54,700 nucleotides of DNA, taken from the NCBI GenBank assembly GCA_026395895.1, contig JAPLXV010000021.1:1-54700 (forward strand), read 5' to 3'. The first letter of the stretch is position 1, and each line of letters opens with the position of its first letter. The notes under the pieces are model-generated. The model ran no database searches, was not told the origin of the DNA, and saw only the letters and a list, made by a program, of their open reading frames with translations. This document shows positions 19,262 through 26,803 of this stretch, in pieces. This DNA is from Candidatus Nomurabacteria bacterium. Its GTDB lineage: Bacteria; Patescibacteriota; Minisyncoccia; Phycocordibacterales; UBA9973. Made by a program: the position numbers and the translations under genes.

Positions 19262-19811
19262 CAGTTTCGTTCTTTAGCTCTTCTGCTAAATTTTGTGAGG
19301 CAGATTCAATTGAGTTATTAACCAACTCATAGTCTGGTAATTCTTGTACAGATTTCACTCCCATAAAAGAAAGCAGTTCAAATGTAGGGTGATAAATATA
19401 GCGCCTATTGTCCTCAGGGTCAATATTCTTCTCTATTAGCCCTCTAATAGAAAGAGCCCGTAAAGTAAAGCTGGAATTCACTCCTCGGATATAATCGATC
19501 AAAGATCGACTTACTCCATTTTTGTAAAGAATAATAGATAATGTTTCCAAGCTGGCTTTAGAAAGTTCTTTATTCAATTCTTCTTTCTGTAATTTTTCAA
19601 TTAAAGCAGAAAATTCCGGTGCTGTGCCGAGCGTAATATCGTTTTCTTTTTCCTGTAATACTATTCCCCTACTTTTCAAATTTTCTTTTAATTTTTCTAA
19701 ACCTTCGTTTATTTCTTTTTGCCCCACACCCAAAAATTCGGCTAGTTTTTTTCTAGACATCGGTTCTCCTTTGAAAAAAAGTATTGCTTCAATTTTTTGT
19801 TCTAAATTCAT
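19254..19811 (-). CDS. scpB: Segregation and condensation protein B
   Basis: IEAILFFKGEPMSRKKLAEFLG... shows ScpB tandem winged-helix features. It is adjacent to scpA. Confidence 0.9.
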   Translation of the reverse strand: MNLEQKIEAILFFKGEPMSRKKLAEFLGVGQKEINEGLEKLKENLKSRGIVLQEKENDITLGTAPEFSALIEKLQKEELNKELSKASLETLSIILYKNGVSRSLIDYIRGVNSSFTLRALSIRGLIEKNIDPEDNRRYIYHPTFELLSFMGVKSVQELPDYELVNNSIESASQNLAEELKNETDA

Positions 19812-19933
19812 GATTGATTTAAAATTAATAATAAAAGAAAAGATTTTGAGGGGTTTCGAGGCTGACGAGCCGAGAATTTCAGGATTTTTTAAGCTTCAAA
19901 AAATCCGTACCGGTAAAATTTTTTCTTTTGTTA

Positions 19934-20674
19934 TTAATTTTTTGAATTTTCAAAATTTTCCTCTTTCTTAATAATAATATCTTCAAAACTACCATTTTGT
20001 ACTGCGTGAAGTATTCCTTGCCTGACAAGTTCTAGCATAGCAAGAAAACCGATAATTACAACTATTTTCTCTTCTTTAGTTTTGGCATTGCCGGCAAAAT
20101 CTTTAAAATTCATCTGTAATGTTTTTTCAATTCTTTCCGTCAATTTAGAAATCATTTCTTCTATACTGATTACTTTCTTCACTTCTACTTCTGGCAAAAC
20201 AATTTTTTTAGGAATCCTACCTAATGCATCCTGAGCAAAAATCATCATGCTTTCTTTAGTAATCTGGTCATCCGGTAAAAATATCAATACTTCATTTTTT
20301 CTTTCAAGTGGCGCAAAAATTATTTTCTTCCCAAACATTTCTTTAATATTTTTTGCAAGTTTAGTATAAAGTTCGTAAAGTTTTAATCTTTCTTCTAAAT
20401 TATGGATATCTCCTTCTTCCTCAGTAGTTAAATTCAAATTCGGCAAAAGTGATTTTGATTTTATTAAAATGAGCGTAGCTACCACCACAATAAAACTGGA
20501 AATCTCAGATGGGTGAAGTTCCCCCAGTTTTTTTACATAATTCAAATAATCTTCGGTCACTTGTGCCAAGGACAAGTCATTAATAAAAAACTTTCTTTCT
20601 TCTATCAAAGAAAGCAATAAATGAAATGGCCCCTCAAAAGCCTCCGTTTTAATTTGATATGTTTCAGTTTCCAC
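19934..20674 (-). CDS. scpA: Segregation and condensation protein A
   Basis: FEGPFHLLLSLIEERKFFINDLSLAQVTEDYL is a canonical ScpA N-terminus. Confidence 0.9.
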   Translation of the reverse strand: METETYQIKTEAFEGPFHLLLSLIEERKFFINDLSLAQVTEDYLNYVKKLGELHPSEISSFIVVVATLILIKSKSLLPNLNLTTEEEGDIHNLEERLKLYELYTKLAKNIKEMFGKKIIFAPLERKNEVLIFLPDDQITKESMMIFAQDALGRIPKKIVLPEVEVKKVISIEEMISKLTERIEKTLQMNFKDFAGNAKTKEEKIVVIIGFLAMLELVRQGILHAVQNGSFEDIIIKKEENFENSKN

Positions 20675-20681
20675 CTTTGTA

Positions 20682-20939
20682 TTATAACATATTTATACCT
20701 TCTTTTCTCAATATTTCCTTCTTCTTTTGTCCTCCCTTATTATACCCGCCGGGTTTTCCATCGGAACGAATAACCCTATGACATGGGATTTTTGGGTTGT
20801 GGTTTTTATTTAGAATATTTCCAACAGCTCTACTTGCTTTCATATTCCCTGCCTTTCTTGCTACTTCCTTATACGTCAAAACCTTCCCTTTTGGTATTTT
20901 CTTCACAACCTCATAAACTTTTTCTGCAAAAGATTTCAT
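20682..20939 (-). CDS. MGMT-family methylated-DNA-protein-cysteine methyltransferase DNA-binding/active-site domain protein
   Basis: 85 aa with the PCHRV active-site motif (KIPCHRVIRSDG). Confidence 0.85.
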   Translation of the reverse strand: MKSFAEKVYEVVKKIPKGKVLTYKEVARKAGNMKASRAVGNILNKNHNPKIPCHRVIRSDGKPGGYNKGGQKKKEILRKEGINML

Positions 20940-20947
20940 AATTCTAT

Positions 20948-20975
20948 ATCCTTACAAACTCCAGTTTGTAAGGAT
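20948..20975. promoter_or_regulatory. Perfect 13-2-13 palindrome filling the arsR-like/MGMT intergenic gap
   Basis: The sequence is atccttacaaact-cc-agtttgtaaggat. It shares the TACAAACT half-site core with the palindromes at 21280-21313 and 21337-21374. Its 3' arm contains the AAGGA that would serve as the MGMT RBS. Confidence 0.55.
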
Positions 20976-20976
20976 G

Positions 20977-21264
20977 TTATTGTAGTTGTTGGAATGATTT
21001 TAAAAAATTAACAAATATTTTACCGTATGGAGATAAAGTATGTTCAACAAATTTACCTTTATATTTTTTATTAATCAATCCTGCTTGATTGAGTCTTCGA
21101 GTATGTTCCCCTATTGTTTTCGGATTTGCATTAAGTGTCTCAATAATACCATCAAGAGTTATCCCGTCTTCTTTAGCCACAAGAAGCAATATCTCAATAC
21201 GATGGTGATTTGCCATACCTTTGAGATGTCGTTCCATTTGTTTTGCTGTCTTAATTTTTCTCAT
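20977..21264 (-). CDS. ArsR/SmtB-family winged-helix transcriptional regulator
   Basis: HLKGMANHHRIEILLLVAKEDGITLDGIIETLNANPKTIGEHTRRLNQAGLI is a typical ArsR HTH. ATG 21264 is preferred because the upstream ATG (21279) lies inside a TATAAT-like box. Confidence 0.8.
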   Translation of the reverse strand: MRKIKTAKQMERHLKGMANHHRIEILLLVAKEDGITLDGIIETLNANPKTIGEHTRRLNQAGLINKKYKGKFVEHTLSPYGKIFVNFLKSFQQLQ

Positions 21265-21279
21265 ATTTATATTATACAC

Positions 21280-21313
21280 AATACCCCTACAAACTCCAGT
21301 TTGTAGGGGTATT
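21280..21313. promoter_or_regulatory. Perfect 16-2-16 palindrome immediately upstream of the ArsR-family gene
   Basis: The sequence is aatacccctacaaact-cc-agtttgtaggggtatt. It abuts a TATAAT (minus strand, 21271-21276). Confidence 0.55.
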
Positions 21314-21336
21314 ATTTATTTTATTTCGATGATAAT

Positions 21337-21374
21337 AAGACATCCTTACAAACTGGAGTTTGTAAGGATGTCTT
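21337..21374. promoter_or_regulatory. Perfect 18-2-18 palindrome between the SWIB gene and the ArsR-family gene
   Basis: The sequence is aagacatccttacaaact-gg-agtttgtaaggatgtctt. It has the same core half-site. It could also be a hairpin terminating the SWIB transcript, although no U-tract follows. Confidence 0.5.
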
Positions 21375-21407
21375 TGAGAGAGATTATTAAAATGATTCGG
21401 TGGTGAA

Positions 21408-21665
21408 TTATGAAAGATGCTTGGAAACAAGTTTCGTCATTTCAAACATATTTACTACGCTTTTACCACCAAACACTTTCTTTAATGCAGCATCAGCATT
21501 GATATTACGCTTATTCTTTGGATCTTGAAGATTGTTCTTCTTGATATATACCCACAATGCTTTTACCACCTCAGATCTAGGCATAGGACCCTTGCCTACT
21601 ACTTCTGCCAACTCAGCGCTTATAATCATTGGCTTCATAAATGCGGAAACTTTTTTATCTGCCAT
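21408..21665 (-). CDS. SWIB/MDM2 domain protein
   Basis: MIISAELAEVVGKGPMPRSEVVKALWVYIKKNNLQDPKNKRNINADAALKKVFG matches the SWIB domain pattern. The start was chosen at MADKK (21665). An extended -10 (TGcTATAAT) lies at about 21735-21743 on the minus strand. Confidence 0.85.
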   Translation of the reverse strand: MADKKVSAFMKPMIISAELAEVVGKGPMPRSEVVKALWVYIKKNNLQDPKNKRNINADAALKKVFGGKSVVNMFEMTKLVSKHLS

Positions 21666-21800
21666 ATATTTTTCTTGTTTTGTTAATTTCAGCCATAAGC
21701 TGATCCGCCTCTGGCGGAAATTTATAATGTATCTATTATAGCACATATTGCCGAATCTTTCTCCCTTTTCTCGTATTTTTAGATCCAAACTTTAACCTTA

Positions 21801-22094
21801 TTATTGTTTGATTCTAAATGGTCGCTTATTAACTTCTTTAAGAATTTTAAGCGTTGCTTGTACTGAAAGATTATCACTAGGTAATAAAACCAAGCGATCA
21901 CCAAGGAGATTAAGTAGTGGGCTTAAAAATTCATCAGACCAAGAAGGTGATAATGTTAATACGTCAGAAAAATCTATTTCAAGCTCTTCGTTCTTTGAAA
22001 ACTCACGTAGAGTGGGTTGAAATGCCTTTAGAGCCTCACTGCCTAATTCCCGAGATATTAATGTTTTGCCAAATTTTCCTAATTGTAATTTCAT
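21801..22094 (-). CDS. STAS-like (DUF4325-type) small protein
   Basis: 97 aa. GKTLISRELGSEALKAFQPTLREFSKNEELEIDFSDVLTLSPSWSDEFLSPLL follows the DUF4325/STAS_2 pattern (R-x2-G ... DF-x-V ... S-x-S-x-DEF). It starts 20 nt after the GHKL gene. Confidence 0.7.
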   Translation of the reverse strand: MKLQLGKFGKTLISRELGSEALKAFQPTLREFSKNEELEIDFSDVLTLSPSWSDEFLSPLLNLLGDRLVLLPSDNLSVQATLKILKEVNKRPFRIKQ

Positions 22095-22114
22095 ATTTTT
22101 TACTAGTTAATATT

Positions 22115-22834
22115 TCAAAATTCTATTTTTGCTAAACATCCTCGCACAATACGCTGACCACGCGTAACACGAAATGCTTTATCAGAACCTTTCATACGTA
22201 CTTCAGCATCACCAGTAGTATAAAATAAATCAATTGGATTTTCAGTAATTACCTCTCGAACGAGTTTAAGCCCATTTCCTCGTTTTTCTGGTGCCCTGCC
22301 AGAAATAAATTCAGTAAAAGCAACTGTTACTGCAGCAACATGGTTTGAAAGTTCTGGCCGAACCTGACGTAATGTTTCTAAAATACCTAATCCTCTATCG
22401 GCAAGTATAATAATTCTTTTTTCTAAATTATAACCAAAAAAGATTCCTATTGTATCAGGCCATTTTCCTATATTATGAGCAAATGAATTATCGCCAATTT
22501 CTCCAGTAACGAGAACAATCAAAGAATATAATTTTTCAAATCCTGGCTGTTGCATTAGCGCATACTCCATTTTAGTCAATCTTGCATTAAAAATTGAGCT
22601 TGTTGAACAATAAAATGTGCTAGGAAATTCAACACCATCTTCTATCCATTCGGAAGCAAATTTCATTATATCACTGGTAAAAATTTCTAAATCTTTTTCA
22701 CGATAATATCGATGAGTTCCACCATCTTTTTTAATAGCAATTAATTTACCACTTTCATCCCAACGACGTAATGTGTTCAAAGAAACCCCAAGATATTCAG
22801 CTGCTTGGCTAATTGTTAATAATTTTTCATCCAT
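22115..22834 (-). CDS. MerR/excisionase-type HTH fused to a GHKL (anti-sigma-factor/RsbW-like) ATPase domain
   Basis: The N-terminus, LTISQAAEYLGVSLNTLRRWDESGKL, is a MerR-type HTH. The C-terminus has GHKL boxes: N-box EIGDNSFAHN, G1 DRGLGI and G2 GNGLKL. Confidence 0.75.
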   Translation of the reverse strand: MDEKLLTISQAAEYLGVSLNTLRRWDESGKLIAIKKDGGTHRYYREKDLEIFTSDIMKFASEWIEDGVEFPSTFYCSTSSIFNARLTKMEYALMQQPGFEKLYSLIVLVTGEIGDNSFAHNIGKWPDTIGIFFGYNLEKRIIILADRGLGILETLRQVRPELSNHVAAVTVAFTEFISGRAPEKRGNGLKLVREVITENPIDLFYTTGDAEVRMKGSDKAFRVTRGQRIVRGCLAKIEF

Positions 22835-22856
22835 ATTTATATAATATCATATTATC

Positions 22857-22906
22857 TAAATCTACACAAATAACCATTAAATCTACCCAAAAATACATAA
22901 ATCTAC
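22857..22906. promoter_or_regulatory. Three direct TAAATCTAC repeats phased at 21/20 bp upstream of the HTH-GHKL gene
   Basis: Copies lie at 22857-22865, 22878-22886 and 22898-22906, which is 23-72 nt upstream of the start codon at 22834. Confidence 0.5.
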
Positions 22907-23018
22907 TCATTTATCGTCCATAACTGTACATTTTACTATTTATTGTCAAGTAAAACGTAAATTTGAGGTAAAAATAGACTATATTTACGTTAAATTACAT
23001 TAAACAATTTCTGAGTCA

Positions 23019-25046
23019 TTAAAACCAAATCTCATTTTTATCTAAAACCCTAACAACTACCCCCTGCATTCTAACTTCTTCGTTTGTTTTAAACTTTAAT
23101 GGTTTATGTTCCGAGTTACTAGAGTTGGGTTTTAAAACTAAGTAACCATTTTCTCTACGATATTCCTTTATTGTAGCATCATCGCCAATAAGTGCTACTA
23201 CCTTTTTCCCTTCTTCTGGACGGTAATTTTTCACACATAAAACTAGGTCTCCATCATTAATTCCAGCTTTATTCATAGAATCCCCTTTCGTCCTCAAAAC
23301 AAAATATTTTGATCCTTTTGACATATAATCTTTTCTAACTGAAATCATTTCTTGAACTGTCGGATCAGCATACATTAACTCTCCACAACCAACTGATTCA
23401 AACAACGGAACGCTAACCATTTCAAATTTATCAGCATATGGCGACCTAACCAGACTAATTATTTTTTCTTCTTTCTCTTTATTGTTTATTTTATTTTTAA
23501 AGTATTCTGCAAGTTTTTTATCTACTGCATAAATAAAAGTCCCTTTTATACCTCTCGTCAAAAGAGTTTTATATATATTTATAATATATCTTTCTAATTC
23601 CAAGGGATCAGTAATACCCCTCCAGCCATTCGTATCCATGTAATTATCTGAGTTTATAATTAATTTATTATTTTCTTCATCATATGAGAGTTCTGGTCCA
23701 ATAATTACACCAACATAATTTAAGTCATATCCCTGCACCGTGTGAATACAACCAACCTCATTTATTGCATTTTTCGAATTTACCCAATCTTGATTTGTAC
23801 TATTCCAAAACAATTTCAAACCATCAATTTCAATATCATGGATATTCGGATTATTTTTGCTTTTCCATTCCCACGCATATCCAGCAACTATTCTACAAAG
23901 CTTTAATTCCAAATCTTTTTTCTTTATATCGTCTACCATTTTATGTATATCTTCATAAAACCTTAAATCATAGTTCGGAAAACTGTATTTACTTAAATTT
24001 TTTAAATCAAACAAATCATCAATAAAATTAATATATTCTTCGCCAGCACTTATTCTTTGTTGGCTAGTTAAATCATAATGAACAGCATTCATTTGAGTAA
24101 ACTTTCTAGGTCTTACATCGGCTGGTTTAATTGTCTGATTTTTATCATAAAAAAATATTTGATGCTTAGATGATTTTAAAATCCAATCCAACTCAGTTCC
24201 AGAATTATCAAGATCTAATTTTTTATTTGTTATATCAAAAGACTGATAATTAGCTATATTTTTTCTTTGTTTTAATCTATGTGCTTCATCAACGATCAAA
24301 ATATCATAATTTTTATTTACAACTTCATTTGGACCAATCACCATACTTGTTTTTAGCCCTTTTACTTGAGAAAAAACTTTTCTTATTGTTTTCCTAAGAG
24401 ATGTCATGGGTACAACCAAAGCTATCTCAAGATTTTTTGTTTCTTCTTTTTCTTTTAAAAATTTGGCCAAATACACCGCTAATATCGTTTTTCCTGTTCC
24501 TGGTTTACCATTTACTACAAAAGTTTTTTCTTTATTCTCTTTTATATCTTTAAATATACTTCTGGCAACAATTATTTGATCTTCTGTAAGGGATTTATAC
24601 GGTGAATATTTAAATAAATCACTATTCTTTATTTGTACCAAATCTTTTTTTACGAGAGACATTTCCTGTAACTTTTGCCAAATAGTTTCAAACTTTGCTT
24701 GATATTTTTGTCTATCATAATAATTATGATTCAATAAACCTTGGTTCCCATTTTGTAATACAAAAGAACCTTCAGCAGACATATATTGGATAAGGGAAGA
24801 TTCAATGTCCAATGTAGCTGACTTGTTGTATTCTTCATCGCTAATTATATGTATCCTTTTTAACTTTTTTCTTTCTGGGTTTTCGTAATGCTGATTACTT
24901 CTACCATAAATATTAACTGTTTCTCCAATATATATTTCTCTGCCATCTTCAATAAGATAAACAACTGGCCAATTAATACCAAAATGATATGACCTCATCT
25001 GATCAAATTCCTTCTTATCAAACAATAAGGTCTTTATCTCAGCCAT
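23019..25046 (-). CDS. GIY-YIG nuclease / DUF2075 (SF1-like P-loop helicase) / LexA-UmuD-type S24 peptidase fusion protein
   Basis: The N-terminus, VVYLIEDGREIYIGETVNIYGRSNQH, is GIY-YIG-like. The core has Walker A GKPGTGKT, Walker B ILIVDEAHRL and HTVQGYDLNYVGVII. The C-terminus has PLFESVGCGE (cleavage-site-like C-G as in UmuD), GDSM (Ser nucleophile) and ATIKEY (Lys). Confidence 0.8.
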   Translation of the reverse strand: MAEIKTLLFDKKEFDQMRSYHFGINWPVVYLIEDGREIYIGETVNIYGRSNQHYENPERKKLKRIHIISDEEYNKSATLDIESSLIQYMSAEGSFVLQNGNQGLLNHNYYDRQKYQAKFETIWQKLQEMSLVKKDLVQIKNSDLFKYSPYKSLTEDQIIVARSIFKDIKENKEKTFVVNGKPGTGKTILAVYLAKFLKEKEETKNLEIALVVPMTSLRKTIRKVFSQVKGLKTSMVIGPNEVVNKNYDILIVDEAHRLKQRKNIANYQSFDITNKKLDLDNSGTELDWILKSSKHQIFFYDKNQTIKPADVRPRKFTQMNAVHYDLTSQQRISAGEEYINFIDDLFDLKNLSKYSFPNYDLRFYEDIHKMVDDIKKKDLELKLCRIVAGYAWEWKSKNNPNIHDIEIDGLKLFWNSTNQDWVNSKNAINEVGCIHTVQGYDLNYVGVIIGPELSYDEENNKLIINSDNYMDTNGWRGITDPLELERYIINIYKTLLTRGIKGTFIYAVDKKLAEYFKNKINNKEKEEKIISLVRSPYADKFEMVSVPLFESVGCGELMYADPTVQEMISVRKDYMSKGSKYFVLRTKGDSMNKAGINDGDLVLCVKNYRPEEGKKVVALIGDDATIKEYRRENGYLVLKPNSSNSEHKPLKFKTNEEVRMQGVVVRVLDKNEIWF

Positions 25047-25048
25047 AA

Positions 25049-25396
25049 TTATAATTTATTATATTTAGTATGTTTCCCTTTTGCTTTTTTTACTGGATAT
25101 TTTTTAGCATTCTTTTTTATTTTTTTATCTAAAGCATCTAAAATATCAATTTTCAAATCATGACTCATTAATAATATCCAATAAAAAACATCAGCTAGTT
25201 CTTCGCCAATATGCTCTTTGTGAGTTTTTATATATTCTTCAACTTCTTCTTTTGATTTCCATTGAAAATGTTCTAAAACCTCAGCAGCTTCTAGAGATAA
25301 AGAAATTGCTAAATCTTTTGCATTATGAAACTGTTTCCAGTTTCGTGCATCTCGAAACGCTAGTATTTTTTTAGTCAATTTTTTTGTATCTATCAT
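25049..25396 (-). CDS. MazG-like all-alpha nucleoside triphosphate pyrophosphohydrolase
   Basis: ILAFRDARNWKQFHNAKDLAISLSLEAAEVLEHFQW...GEELADVFYWILLMS shows the E-x2-E...E-x2-D pattern of small MazG/YpjD-type enzymes. Its stop lies 2 nt before the start of the next gene. Confidence 0.8.
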   Translation of the reverse strand: MIDTKKLTKKILAFRDARNWKQFHNAKDLAISLSLEAAEVLEHFQWKSKEEVEEYIKTHKEHIGEELADVFYWILLMSHDLKIDILDALDKKIKKNAKKYPVKKAKGKHTKYNKL

Positions 25397-25445
25397 AAAC
25401 TTATTTCTCTAACTTTTTGTACAAAGTCCCAGTTATTATTAAAAT

Positions 25446-26207
25446 TTACAATCCACTTAATTGACTATTTAGCTCGCGTTCGAGTGTCGCAGAAAAATCT
25501 CTTATAATCCCTTGTTGATCAATCGGTAAAAATGCACTAAGCTCATTTTTAAAATTTATTTGTTTTGCCTCCGCAATAATAATGTCTTTAATCGGACCAA
25601 GTTTTTTCTTTTGTTCAATAGAAAGCATTCCTTTGCGCATTATAATATAAAGATCATAAAAATCACGTGGTTTTTTGCGTTCAAGTAATGCACCAAAAAT
25701 TTTTTCATCAATTAATTCATTTTGTGGCAAGTGAGTAATTGTATATGTAGGCGCAAAATTATTTGAAATACTATCAACTTCACCTTTTATAATCACATCA
25801 CTTCGTGTCGAAATGTTTATCTCTACACCAATTGGTTGATAATCAAACATTTGAAATGTAGCAATTCCCAAATAACCGCCACTTGTCGCACCAAATCTAT
25901 CTCCAAGCTTAACTTTTATTCCCATTTTTTCTATTTCGGAAAGTGTTTTTAAAAACAACTCCTCAATAAATGATTTAACTTCATGCGGAACAACACCAAA
26001 AAGAGAAAAATCTAAATCTTCAGAAAAACGCGGGCTGCCATAAACAATACGAAGTGCAGTGCCTCCTTTAAAAAGTAATTTTTCAGAATTTGGTAATTTA
26101 TATAACTCTCCCAAAAAAATATGTTGAAAATATTCTCGAACTACATTCGGAAATATTCCCATTTGATATTGCCTGCTCAATTTTTCGAGTGTTTCTATAG
26201 ATATCAT
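25446..26207 (-). CDS. AbiEii/AbiGii-family nucleotidyltransferase toxin (DUF1814)
   Basis: LLFKGGTALRIVYGSPRFSEDLDFS is the signature region of AbiEii NTases. It overlaps the upstream AbiEi-like gene by 4 nt. Confidence 0.85.
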   Translation of the reverse strand: MISIETLEKLSRQYQMGIFPNVVREYFQHIFLGELYKLPNSEKLLFKGGTALRIVYGSPRFSEDLDFSLFGVVPHEVKSFIEELFLKTLSEIEKMGIKVKLGDRFGATSGGYLGIATFQMFDYQPIGVEINISTRSDVIIKGEVDSISNNFAPTYTITHLPQNELIDEKIFGALLERKKPRDFYDLYIIMRKGMLSIEQKKKLGPIKDIIIAEAKQINFKNELSAFLPIDQQGIIRDFSATLERELNSQLSGL

Positions 26208-26803
26208 TGTAGCGTTGTTGTTATTATGCTTAAAAGTTTTTTATTACCAAATAGTGAAGCATATTTTTTCGCCCTAATGGGATTAATTTTTTCTTTATTG
26301 AAACGAGAAATCGGTTTTTGCCCATTCATCAATCTTAAATAATTTGTATCTACAAAAGCTTTTTCAGCATCAGCAATATTAAAACTGAGATTCTTTTGTT
26401 TTTGAATTTCATACCCAGTATAAGCAATTTTTTTAATTTTACGATAAGAAAAAATTTTTCCTAACGCTTCAAATCTACGTGTGGCTTTAGTAGTTACTGA
26501 AGTAATTTCATAAACCGTTTCTGGAATAACTCCATGGTATGAAAGCGCAAATTCAAGAGAAATATAAGATGGAGTGTAAAGTTTGCTAGCAACATAAACA
26601 TCGGGAGGCAAAATATCTGGAAAAGAATAAAATCCTTTCTTAAGTTGCACTACAAATCCTTGTTTTTTATACCTATGAAGTAGCGCGGATGCAGCAACAG
26701 AAGAAACTCCAAAAAGGGAGCGAATATCACTTGCGTTGAATATATATAACTTTTTACCCTTTATTTTTAAAGCAAAAAGTGTCTGATTCACCAATTTGAC
26801 CAT
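26204..26803 (-). CDS. AbiEi-family antitoxin-like transcriptional regulator
   Basis: N-terminal winged-helix-like region (IFNASDIRSLFGVSSVAASALLHRYKKQGFVVQLKKGFY), about 200 aa, immediately upstream of and overlapping the AbiEii gene. Confidence 0.75.
   Translation of the reverse strand: MVKLVNQTLFALKIKGKKLYIFNASDIRSLFGVSSVAASALLHRYKKQGFVVQLKKGFYSFPDILPPDVYVASKLYTPSYISLEFALSYHGVIPETVYEITSVTTKATRRFEALGKIFSYRKIKKIAYTGYEIQKQKNLSFNIADAEKAFVDTNYLRLMNGQKPISRFNKEKINPIRAKKYASLFGNKKLLSIITTTLQ

Noticed and set aside
19862-19869. CTGACGAG, resembling the hammerhead ribozyme CUGAUGAG core, in the scpA-scpB gap
   Set aside because: No stem II followed by GAAA and no stem I/III pairing can be drawn around it. 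It is an isolated motif only.
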